In this document: positions 56,401-63,873 of the stretch, in pieces
Layout of the letters: each line of letters begins with the position of its first letter
How positions within the stretch are numbered: the stretch's first letter is position 1
Notes under the pieces: model-generated
The model's input: only the letters and a program-made list of their open reading frames with translations
Told to the model about the DNA's origin: nothing
Database searches by the model: none
Program-made: the position numbers and the translations under genes
Sequence record: NC_027381.1
Source: Escherichia phage Pollock
Direction: 5' to 3' (one strand)
Length of the DNA: 64,000 nucleotides

Positions 56401-56754
56401 AGACGAGGATGTACCTACAACAATCCAACTACCTGTAGCTCCAGATTCATTAGGAATGATTCCAGAAGTATCGTTTTCTACATACAAATAATCTGTATAG
56501 ATTATGTAACTAGAATCAAAAGTATTATAGATACGTGCATACTTGACAGATACAGGAAGTGCTTTTAATTCATCTTCTGAAGTAACACAAATAAGTACTC
56601 CATACTTATTTAGAAATTCATAGATAAAGTGAATTTCTCCTAAGCTATCATATACAGCTTTAACTACGTCATATGCTGTACCAATAAACTTTTCTACTAA
56701 TGGAGCATTGTTACCACAACAAGTATTAGTAGTTCTGATTGACATTATACCCAT
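53488..56754 (-). CDS. large tail / receptor-binding protein with C-terminal intramolecular chaperone domain
   Basis: 1088 aa; C-terminal SDEREK (S-D-x-R-x-K-like) ... ILDAWEDVRIIAFRW ... LERIEERLSVLE. Confidence 0.6.
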   Translation of the reverse strand: MGIMSIRTTNTCCGNNAPLVEKFIGTAYDVVKAVYDSLGEIHFIYEFLNKYGVLICVTSEDELKALPVSVKYARIYNTFDSSYIIYTDYLYVENDTSGIIPNESGATGSWIVVGTSSSGGNGGGSYIPYVYKSGFALGGETTITVPNGTVSVPFIIVNGYMQSVGYGFQFSISNNLVTLSQALEEGDEVVLLLSGTPAVPDNPNIDNWTIFNWLYNEGAAVGGETTINIPYTFQDIPAVFKNGLRFYKGLQTQSYFVDANAQTITLTEPLVANDRLIIQIGGEQEVIEIADRTIQEVARATNVKNSEVILSTNTSQALDNKTIIYSVDEQKIYRLPTALRNVYISTVADGKLTYTPGNVVVILDEVITGLDLQDKISNPDGATLYPDLQIARWKDEYDPRAWGIVGNGVTDDTSAFEQLESDVTSKVIDMDGKVYATTKTFFKNIYINGTWLINGKSIPMNGELLTNKKPAWDVYTIGRESNSAVRFIPIAQGRGQIRTLQTFTYDPVDRAYYSNHNTEIDGNATTVSIWNKYSADSRIINSSTDFMLPEDRLGHQGIAVQNLNNAIKLWTTAPDTPAGSTTHTDFDFSVGGSHGIVRFSWRSNTDGEIDAPELFRVVEETRTAGSSTTPTISLDGKWLIVRFTDNADYNNQTFRIFSTDIFDTQGDYSSMCTHEFTLQLSQVGGDETTSLSGFCSDGSHLYMYCGNITFGQTQYLSSCDLLGNDVRKAISDLGDTDLPRIIGSTPTFRESEGMHFVDYDGVLYPSVTIVSEHSDVMGATRRTILIYALGAGDKRTLSLPSKEICISDNPEVVPHVIYSGDTTWGENSPIKALKFNNEQETGLLYEWQRKGVGYFQMYMSTSNVALMAANGADLHLGSNDTWRWKVSPNGHWHPYLDNSYSLGVADNRPTQVYAVSGTINTSDEREKTEPVTTSELSSSLSSEYDGDAILDAWEDVRIIAFRWLSAIKLKNDDARWHFGVIAQQVRDAFLAHGLDGTKFGLLCYDEWEDSYEPVLATRKVSTIIDGVETEVEEEYDTGEKVLVREAGNRWGIRADQCLWLEAAYLRRRLERIEERLSVLESSTEKKFY

Positions 56755-57449
56755 CCTCTCATTTCAGGCTTCATATTAGATTGACCAATGTAAGCATTGT
56801 TCAAATCCAAATCCTCTATTCTCTTACACTCTGCTTCATATCTTTGAGACCATTCAACACCTTTAGCAGCAGTCTCTTGATTTGGTGAGTTAGAGTACAG
56901 TTGAGATGCAATGTAATAAGTAAGAGCTTTTTCATGACTAGCAGGAATACGAATATCAGTATTTAAATCTGTAGTATCCAAAGGAATCTTTGGATGATTG
57001 GCTCTATACGTAACAAACAATGCATTAGTTTCGATAGGAGATACTATCTGAATACAATCAAATGATGGAGTCATGATTGAACCACATTGAGGTTCATCAT
57101 TTAAATAGAGGCAACAACCTACTTCACTAAAAACACTCTCTACTCTAATTACATCCTCAGAGAATCTGTCAAAAGGAGTATCTTTAATGTATTTATATGG
57201 TTCAGTAGATTCAGTATTCATTTCAGCATACTGAACTCTTAGATAGTATTTACTAATGTGTTCATACTGCTGAATGATTACTTCCTTTTCTAGTAAAGGA
57301 AATCTTGTATGTAATGCAGTTAAGCCTGCATTAAGTTGAGCAATAATTTTAGGATAATCTTGTTCACGAATACCCTCTCCATTATTACCTACCCTAATCA
57401 GGCTTAACTCACCTACAGACAGCATCTGGAATAGTTCAGATAATTTCAT
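56745..57449 (-). CDS. hypothetical virion/tail-associated protein
   Basis: 234-aa ORF overlapping the tail gene start. Confidence 0.4.
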   Translation of the reverse strand: MKLSELFQMLSVGELSLIRVGNNGEGIREQDYPKIIAQLNAGLTALHTRFPLLEKEVIIQQYEHISKYYLRVQYAEMNTESTEPYKYIKDTPFDRFSEDVIRVESVFSEVGCCLYLNDEPQCGSIMTPSFDCIQIVSPIETNALFVTYRANHPKIPLDTTDLNTDIRIPASHEKALTYYIASQLYSNSPNQETAAKGVEWSQRYEAECKRIEDLDLNNAYIGQSNMKPEMRGWV

Positions 57450-57492
57450 AATGTAGTCCCATAAATTAATGTCGCTACATTATATGCTTAAC

Positions 57493-59115
57493 CTAAACCA
57501 GATAACTATCAATTCCATTGGTTTGATGAGGTGTAGACATATCCCATATACTATCTTCTTGTACGGCTCCTGAGATGCCCTGAGATGGTTTCCACACCTT
57601 CAAACAAGACAACATACTGATGGTATCAATGAAGTCATCATGCTTACTTTTAAAGCCTTCTACAGTAGCCATACGAAGTTCATCCATAGCTTCAAGCATG
57701 ATTTTTTCTTCCTTCATTTCTTCAGGGAAGTAAAACTTACCTGTTTTAAACCAAGGAAGTACTGTATTGAATCTCACCATCTTATTGGTATTAGGTCTAA
57801 TACCCGGTCTATTGTTATTGCCTTCAGAAGCAAAGTTAAACCAGATATTACGTCTCATCATCTCATCCTGAAGTAGAGGGATGAATCCACCTTGTTGACC
57901 TGTAACTTCAATACCTACAGATTGAGGTTGGTATTCAACTACCAATCTAAATAAATCATCGAAGTTTTTATCCATAAGCTGACGTCTACAGATACCATCA
58001 ACCCAGAACCAGTCACCATTACTATTGATAGCCCATACAGATATTACAGAGAAGTCTGCTGATTGCTTATCAGAGGTAGCAAAGTCAGTAGTGATATAAA
58101 AATTAAAATGCCCTCTATTCAGTAGTAGAGATTTACGTTTATACCACTGAATATCTGACTCAAGAATTAGTCGTTCTTCATCAGAAGTAATACGTAACAT
58201 CAATTCTTGGTTAAATGCAGCTACCTGTCCTGTAGATACAGCAAGGTCATACTGACCTTTAACAAAGTCATAAGAGAATCTGTCTTCCCATGCTCCTACA
58301 AATTCTTCTCTCGTACATGGGAATTTCTCACATATTGGGAATACGTTGACGTACCAACCCCCAGACTCAACAGCTTCATAAAGAATATCGTTCTTGTTAA
58401 AGGGTGTGCCACTGAAAACAATTTTTCTACGAGTAGGGTCAAGAGCATAGTCTACTCCTTTATACACAGTATCTTTAATTGCCTGCATTGTGCTCTTAGA
58501 TTTAGCATCATCATCACTAACCAAATCATCAAGCACAGCTAAAACAGGACGTTTACCAAAGATTTTAGTACCACGTAAACCAGTTTTAGCACCAAACATA
58601 CGAACACCTAACTTATGTCCATCAGCATTAGTAAATTCTAAGTAGGCATCAGTGAATTTAGCTTCAGGAATGTACTTCTGAAGAAATTCAGAGTTGTTAT
58701 AGCGATATTCGATGTTTTTTCTTAATGATTTAACCCCGTTTTCCATAGAATCCGAGATATAAATCATACCCTCGATTTCACCAAATCCATCAATTTCACC
58801 ATAAAGTGCTATGTATAAAACTAGATACTCACCAAATAGAGTAGTTTTAGCCATACCACGAGAACATAGATTAGCTAATCGAGTACGTTTACCTGCTAAT
58901 TCATCTAACATCTTAAGATGAACTACAGGAGTTAGATTTGACTCTCCTGCTTCACCATTAACTAACTTAATAAAGTTAACGTAATTAAGTGCGAATACAG
59001 AAGGAACATAATTTCCAGAGTTCAAGGAAGCATAATCGACAGAATTAAGCCATTCCTCTACTGTCTTTTTAACCATTGGGTCTTCTTTAATCGACACGTT
59101 CTGATTCCCCATCAA
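57493..59115 (-). CDS. terminase large subunit
   Basis: 540 aa; Walker B-like VLAVLDD; C-terminal nuclease-like FYITTDFATSDKQSADFSVISVWA. Confidence 0.7.
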   Translation of the reverse strand: MMGNQNVSIKEDPMVKKTVEEWLNSVDYASLNSGNYVPSVFALNYVNFIKLVNGEAGESNLTPVVHLKMLDELAGKRTRLANLCSRGMAKTTLFGEYLVLYIALYGEIDGFGEIEGMIYISDSMENGVKSLRKNIEYRYNNSEFLQKYIPEAKFTDAYLEFTNADGHKLGVRMFGAKTGLRGTKIFGKRPVLAVLDDLVSDDDAKSKSTMQAIKDTVYKGVDYALDPTRRKIVFSGTPFNKNDILYEAVESGGWYVNVFPICEKFPCTREEFVGAWEDRFSYDFVKGQYDLAVSTGQVAAFNQELMLRITSDEERLILESDIQWYKRKSLLLNRGHFNFYITTDFATSDKQSADFSVISVWAINSNGDWFWVDGICRRQLMDKNFDDLFRLVVEYQPQSVGIEVTGQQGGFIPLLQDEMMRRNIWFNFASEGNNNRPGIRPNTNKMVRFNTVLPWFKTGKFYFPEEMKEEKIMLEAMDELRMATVEGFKSKHDDFIDTISMLSCLKVWKPSQGISGAVQEDSIWDMSTPHQTNGIDSYLV

Positions 59116-59788
59116 TTATTAGTTTAGTATGAGCAACTTCTTTAGCGGAATACAAACCACCTTCAATGAGTTGTTGCTGCTTCGCAGCTAATCTTGAAGT
59201 TATTTCTCTTAATTCATTAATAACTCCACCTTCCTGAATACCAACATTGAGTTCAATCTTACTGGCTTCAGGACGTTTAAGATGATTAAGCAATGAGTTG
59301 GCTGCATCACATCTAACTTTTTCACTTTTAGCTGTCAACATTAAATCAGCTTGTACATTAATAGCTTTCTGGAATATGTCAGCATTAAGTACATGAGTTG
59401 GAACCAAAGTTTGCTCATAAATTAAATTAACTAATTTATTTTTATTATATGCAGATACATAACAATGAATGTCCTTAGTAGGAGTATTGTTATTTAAGAA
59501 GTTCTGATATCTATCAGGGAATGTTTTTATGTAAGCTTCAAAGTTAGTGTGTCCCATCAGTTTAAAACTTACGTACTTAACAGCAGAGATATAGTCTTCA
59601 ATCTTAAACCTACCTTCTTTCATGACATGGGTATAAGACATTAAGTTATCTCTAAGTACTTCACCCATATTAGGGTCAGACAGAATCTTATTGATTTTAT
59701 CCATCAATTCTTGATTGATGTTGCCTTTATGATTAGTAGGCATTACAGCTTTAAATTGTTCTACGGTTAATTGAGTAGACATGAGCAC
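59087..59788 (-). CDS. hypothetical protein (possible terminase small subunit by position)
   Basis: 233-aa ORF immediately upstream of terminase large subunit on minus strand. Confidence 0.35.
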   Translation of the reverse strand: MLMSTQLTVEQFKAVMPTNHKGNINQELMDKINKILSDPNMGEVLRDNLMSYTHVMKEGRFKIEDYISAVKYVSFKLMGHTNFEAYIKTFPDRYQNFLNNNTPTKDIHCYVSAYNKNKLVNLIYEQTLVPTHVLNADIFQKAINVQADLMLTAKSEKVRCDAANSLLNHLKRPEASKIELNVGIQEGGVINELREITSRLAAKQQQLIEGGLYSAKEVAHTKLIIDGESERVD

Positions 59789-59898
59789 TCCAATAGCATC
59801 TATAGTTAGTCTATAGGTACTATATAGTACTTTTTAATAAAAATAGAAGATACTTAAGAAAGGAAGCTATAGAAGTGTTACTGATACATCTTTTGTTT

Positions 59899-59922
59899 AA
59901 GCACCTTCGGTGCTTTTCTTGG
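59899..59922 (+). promoter_or_regulatory. recurrent motif: hairpin AAGCACC-TTC-GGTGCTT followed by TTCTTGG
   Basis: fourth instance; in divergent region at the start of the plus-strand block. Confidence 0.4.
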
Positions 59923-60086
59923 AAAAATATAAAGGTGAAAACCAGAGGATAAGAGCTTTCTTATCCAGAGGTTGGCAAAAGAGTCATATCAGTCATAATG
60001 TATTCCTTGAGTGAGATACGAACAGAATGTTCGTTTCAGCAGTTTGATTGAATTCTCACTTGTTATCACTCTTTTAAGGAAATGTT

Positions 60087-60239
60087 ATGGATAGGCGCTA
60101 CTGTTCGTCTTGCGGTACATTGCAATATAAGTGCCCTGAATGTGGTGAATGGTTTACTAAAAAGAGAAGTGACCAAGTTTTATGTAGGCCGAGTTGTAGA
60201 CAAAGAAAGTCTAGAAGAAAGAAAAAAGAGCAAGAATAA
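60087..60239 (+). CDS. small zinc-ribbon protein (50 aa)
   Basis: AAGGA RBS 6 nt upstream; CSSC...CPEC...CRPSC Cys pairs; basic C-terminus; followed by terminator; not in ORF track (<60 aa). Confidence 0.35.
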   Translation: MDRRYCSSCGTLQYKCPECGEWFTKKRSDQVLCRPSCRQRKSRRKKKEQE

Positions 60240-60247
60240 TGAAAAAT

Positions 60248-60272
60248 AAGCCTCTATTTGAGGCTTTTTATT
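60248..60272 (+). terminator. rho-independent terminator
   Basis: aagcctc-tattt-gaggctt followed by tttatt. Confidence 0.55.
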
Positions 60273-60307
60273 GAATTAAACATTTAATCTAATGTATAAA
60301 GCATTCA

Positions 60308-60384
60308 CGGAATGTAGCACAGCCGGGTAGTGCATCTGCTTTGGGAGCAGAGGGTCATAGGTTCAAATCCTATCATTCCGACCA
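60308..60384 (+). tRNA. tRNA-Pro (anticodon UGG)
   Basis: hand-folded cloverleaf: acceptor CGGAATG/CATTCCG, anticodon loop TTTGGGA, T-loop TTCAAAT, encoded CCA. Confidence 0.75.
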
Positions 60385-60389
60385 AATTA

Positions 60390-60467
60390 TTCCCGTTTAG
60401 CTTAATTGGTTAAAGCACCCGACTCATAATCGGATGATTACAGGTTCGAATCCTGTCACGGGAACCA
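60390..60467 (+). tRNA. tRNA-Met or Ile2 (anticodon CAU)
   Basis: hand-folded: anticodon loop CTCATAA, T-arm ACAGG-TTCGAAT-CCTGT, encoded CCA; exact 5' end ambiguous by 1 nt. Confidence 0.65.
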
Positions 60468-60471
60468 AAAT

Positions 60472-60547
60472 GCATCCTTAGCTCAATGGATAGAGCAGTA
60501 GCCTTCTAAGCTATTGGTTACAGGTTCGAATCCTGTAGGATGCACCA
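60472..60547 (+). tRNA. tRNA-Arg (anticodon UCU)
   Basis: hand-folded: acceptor GCATCCT/AGGATGC, anticodon loop CTTCTAA, T-loop TTCGAAT, encoded CCA. Confidence 0.75.
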
Positions 60548-60552
60548 TATTA

Positions 60553-60637
60553 GGGAGTATGGTGAAATTGGTAAACACAAGGGATTTAAAATCCCTCGCT
60601 TAATTGCTTACGAGTTCGAGTCTCGTTACTCCCACCA
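60553..60637 (+). tRNA. tRNA-Leu (anticodon UAA)
   Basis: hand-folded: acceptor GGGAGTA/TACTCCC, anticodon loop TTTAAAA, long variable arm, T-loop TTCGAGT, encoded CCA. Confidence 0.75.
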
Positions 60638-61491
60638 AATTAGTGCTCTGGTATATTATGTTTAACTCTTAGGTTATGCACAGTATTACAACAGATTGGG
60701 TCATCTGAAATCAGAGCACTAATCCTATATGAACCAGGTATGAACAACTTACTTAGTATTAACAATTCCGCATAGGGGTATGTTTGGGTTGTTGGTGGTA
60801 AGTAGCTGGTTAGAATCCAGCATGGTTCATTAATTAATTGCCATTCTCTTATGGCGATTGGGATAGCACGCTGGCTCTGCTTAAACCAGCATACAACAGG
60901 TAAGAGCACTGAATGTTGACTGGCTTAGCATACCAAATCCAACATTGTTGCCGCAGTGCTCTTACCGTTGTAGCGACCCTGCAACACCGAAGACCGAAGC
61001 TTTTCCTTCCCTGCTTTTTGGGAATAGCACTTCAAACAGGTATATCCTGTATATGTATCAAAGGCGTAAAAACTGGAGATACCAGAGTACTAGAACTCTG
61101 TTACCAAACTCAGGGAGTGATTGGCCTAACCAATCCAACATCCTATCAATGAGTGTACTGAGATAACGTGCGGAGGTTTACACTGTAGCCGGTGTAAATA
61201 GAGAAGACGGCAAGATAGCTACTTGTTCTTAGTGCACTCTTTGATAGTTTTCGTGAGCGACTTTGCGGACTTTTTAGAAACTGACCTCAAAGATAAATGC
61301 AAACGATGATGTTGTTCTGATGGCGGCGTAATAGCCTATAAATCAGCAAGGTCTTCCGATTCCTTGTAAACAAATTCGGCGCACTGGCCCGGTGTGATTA
61401 ATAATGGGCAACTACATCCCTCTAAGGGTATTTAATTAAGTATTCTTAAAGGGATGGGTACTCTCTATCTCCGTAAACATGTCAACTCTTT
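60638..61491 (+). other. ~0.85 kb apparently non-coding, structure-rich region (candidate structured RNA or cis-acting DNA element)
   Basis: no convincing ORF; multiple long inverted repeats (13-bp perfect GGTAAGAGCACTG/CAGTGCTCTTACC at 60899-60965); visibly more GC-rich than flanks; bounded by tRNA-Leu and a strong terminator. Confidence 0.3.
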
Positions 61492-61520
61492 GCCTCTATT
61501 AATTAGAGGCTTTTTTTTTT
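61492..61520 (+). terminator. strong rho-independent terminator
   Basis: gcctcta-ttaat-tagaggc hairpin followed by T10. Confidence 0.7.
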
Positions 61521-61534
61521 ATCCCAATTACTGC

Positions 61535-61588
61535 CTTACGCTTACGCGCTTCCATCGCTCACTACGTTCGCTTGGAGCGCCCGCTTCA
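61535..61588 (+). promoter_or_regulatory. GC-rich CGCTT-repeat cluster upstream of early gene (candidate promoter/operator)
   Basis: CGCTT occurs four times in ~55 nt (cttacgcttacgcgcttcc...cgttcgcttggagcgcccgcttcagg) in an otherwise AT-rich genome. Confidence 0.25.
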
Positions 61589-61612
61589 GGCATTATTGTA
61601 GGAGATTTTATA

Positions 61613-62641
61613 ATGGCTTCCCCTTGCGAAATGCTAGGTTATGAAGAAGGAATGAGATTTGTTGTAGTTAGTCCTAATGAGGAGTTCTCAGTAGGAGATA
61701 CTATATGGCTACATCATGATGATAAATCTCATTGTCCTCTCTTCCGAGATACTGAAGAAGATAATGAAGATGCTAATACCGATTACTGTTATTTAAATAA
61801 TGTAGCTCCTTATTCAGAATCTCATACTCTTGCTTATAACCGTGGATTCAGAAAAGGTGATATTTTATTAGTTACCGAAGATGATGAAGATGAAGATGCA
61901 TTAGCAGGAGATATTGTTACCTTCATCCATGATGATGGTGATACTTGTCCTAAATTTAAAGTACATAGAACTGGTACTGAAGAATATCTCTATCTAGGCT
62001 GTATTGATAGTCTGAAACCAAAAGTTGGCCGTAAAGTTCGTATCATTTATAACTGTACTGCAGGTCATCCATCTGGTTCAGAAGGCATCATCGAAAAAAT
62101 AGATGCAGATGGTGATTTAATGATAAATGTTGATGGTACGTGTTGCTTTCATCATCCATATTCTTGTGTTGTATTTGGTTATTCAGAAGATGAATTATCA
62201 GACAATACAAAATCTGAACCAAAAACAGAATGGACTACTAAACCAGCTTCTGAATGGAAAAAAGGTGATAAAGGAATTGTTCGAGGACAACAGAAATCTG
62301 ACCAACACAATTTCAATATTGGTGCAGAAGTAACCTTTATATCTCATGCTTGGGAAAACAGAGGTCGCTTTGAATCCCCCTCATTCCATCGTTCTCAGAC
62401 AGTTGAATATGATTTGATTGAACCAATTGAATCAAATAAACCATCTGAAACCAAACCAACAGTAGTAGCTGTTGATGAACTTACGGATGTCTCTGGTAAG
62501 TACAAATACTTTATTGATGGTGATTCTATTGAAGTAACTTTAGTTGGTTACTTTGAAGGGGAACCTATCTGTGCATATAAAGACAGATGGGGAGATACTC
62601 AAGTATTCGTTGCTAAGCCTTCTCTACTAGTAAAAGAATAA
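61613..62641 (+). CDS. hypothetical acidic protein (early)
   Basis: ORF track start 61454 rejected because the terminator lies inside the extension; ATG 61613 preceded by GGAG RBS; DEDEDA-type acidic stretches. Confidence 0.45.
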   Translation: MASPCEMLGYEEGMRFVVVSPNEEFSVGDTIWLHHDDKSHCPLFRDTEEDNEDANTDYCYLNNVAPYSESHTLAYNRGFRKGDILLVTEDDEDEDALAGDIVTFIHDDGDTCPKFKVHRTGTEEYLYLGCIDSLKPKVGRKVRIIYNCTAGHPSGSEGIIEKIDADGDLMINVDGTCCFHHPYSCVVFGYSEDELSDNTKSEPKTEWTTKPASEWKKGDKGIVRGQQKSDQHNFNIGAEVTFISHAWENRGRFESPSFHRSQTVEYDLIEPIESNKPSETKPTVVAVDELTDVSGKYKYFIDGDSIEVTLVGYFEGEPICAYKDRWGDTQVFVAKPSLLVKE

Positions 62642-62645
62642 ACCA

Positions 62646-62888
62646 ATGGTACAAGACCAATTAGCTTTATCCTTAGAAGAACGTAAGCTTTGGAGAAGGG
62701 CAGCTACTAGATGGTCTGATTTACTCTTATCCGGTGATTTATCTAATTCAGAGATGGATTGGGTATTAGCCAGAAAAGAATATTGTCTAAGACAAGCAAA
62801 GAGAACAGTACCTTATTCTGATTCTAGTAGTTTACAAGGTAATGTTAATGCATCTCTATATACTTACTTAGGTTCTTTAAGTAAATAG
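62646..62888 (+). CDS. hypothetical protein
   Basis: 80-aa ORF followed by terminator-like hairpin ggggtac-atcta-gtacccc. Confidence 0.35.
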   Translation: MVQDQLALSLEERKLWRRAATRWSDLLLSGDLSNSEMDWVLARKEYCLRQAKRTVPYSDSSSLQGNVNASLYTYLGSLSK

Positions 62889-62996
62889 TAATAAGGGGTA
62901 CATCTAGTACCCCATTTCATAAATTACTATTAAACCAATAGTAAATACCTCTATTAACCACCATCTCATATCCCAATCTCCATTAGGAATAAACCA

Positions 62997-63287
62997 ATGA
63001 ATTTAGATTTATACATACTGATATTAACCAGTATTGGATTTATCTTTGGTTGGATTGTAGGAAGATTTAACTATAAAAAGAAATTACTTAAATGTATTGA
63101 AGGAATAGAATTTAAAGGTACTTCTAATAATGAATATTTTACTGCTAGTATGTATAAGGGAATTGATGCTCTAAAGATATACTTGAAAAGTATTATACTA
63201 GATAACAAAGTAGGTAAATCTTATCTATTAGAATTACATTCTAACAAAGATTTATTATCTAAATCCTCTAAAAAGAATAATAAATAA
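62997..63287 (+). CDS. hypothetical small membrane protein
   Basis: 96 aa; N-terminal hydrophobic helix; very AT-rich. Confidence 0.3.
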   Translation: MNLDLYILILTSIGFIFGWIVGRFNYKKKLLKCIEGIEFKGTSNNEYFTASMYKGIDALKIYLKSIILDNKVGKSYLLELHSNKDLLSKSSKKNNK

Positions 63288-63422
63288 TAAAGTATTACTG
63301 TCAATATGTAATTTAATACAGTATGTATATTTATCTATTATTTTTAAGAGGGTTTAGATTTTTACTATAATTTTGTCTCATGTTAGTAATAATGCACACA
63401 ATCATTCTGTAAGCAAAGTACT

Positions 63423-63433
63423 CCCCCCCCCCC
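63423..63433. repeat. homopolymeric C11 tract
   Basis: 11 consecutive C in an AT-rich intergenic region upstream of ORF 63509. Confidence 0.9.
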
Positions 63434-63508
63434 ATACTTCACACATTGATGAGTCTTCGACTCTAGTGGAGCAATGGTGCTCTACTTAATCATGATTAGG
63501 AGTATGTT

Positions 63509-63844
63509 ATGAAACCTGTTAACTCTATCGGTATCTTTGGTGCTGTATCTTCCTCTACTGTATCTGCATTGAATGCAATTGAACGTGGTGCAGTAGCTGT
63601 AGCTAATACTGCTAACATGGCAGTAGCTCTTACTGAATGGGGTAATGAGGAGATTGAGAACCTTCGTCATCATCGTGCTATGAAGCGTGAAGTAGAAGGT
63701 GAAATCTTCCGAACCAAGTATGTAATGGAAGCAGCTAAAGAAGTAGCTGAAGTACATGCAGAAGCCAATAAAGCTATGGAGAGTGCATCTCCCGAAGTTA
63801 AAGCAGTATTTGATGCATTAGTAGCTAAGCATCTCAACAAGTAA
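63509..63844 (+). CDS. hypothetical protein (Ala-rich, helical)
   Basis: 111-aa ORF; biased codon usage; followed by hairpin aagcctactc-ttcg-gagtaggttt. Confidence 0.4.
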   Translation: MKPVNSIGIFGAVSSSTVSALNAIERGAVAVANTANMAVALTEWGNEEIENLRHHRAMKREVEGEIFRTKYVMEAAKEVAEVHAEANKAMESASPEVKAVFDALVAKHLNK

Positions 63845-63850
63845 TTACTA

Positions 63851-63873
63851 AGCCTACTCTTCGGAGTAGGTTT
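63851..63873 (+). terminator. terminator-like hairpin
   Basis: cctactc-ttcg-gagtagg followed by tttaaaaatt. Confidence 0.4.

Noticed and set aside
60082-60248. Alternative frame ORF starting at ATG 60082, overlapping the Zn-ribbon ORF
   Set aside because: The RBS spacing favours ATG 60087, and the 60087 frame yields paired CxxC motifs typical of a zinc ribbon; the 60082 frame has no recognisable features.
60640-61166. Small overlapping ORFs 60640..60909 (-), 60913..61152 (+) and 60945..61166 (+)
   Set aside because: They are mutually overlapping, lack RBS or start context and lie in a hairpin-dense region; interpreted as non-coding.
60638-61491. tmRNA or RNase P RNA identity for the structured non-coding region
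   Set aside because: I could not find the tRNA-like acceptor/T-arm ends of tmRNA or the conserved P4 sequences of RNase P by eye; left as an unclassified structured region.
61454-61612. N-terminal extension of ORF 61454..62641 given in the ORF track
   Set aside because: The extension contains a perfect hairpin plus T10 terminator (61492-61520) and a GC-rich repeat cluster; ATG at 61613 with a GGAG RBS is the more credible start.
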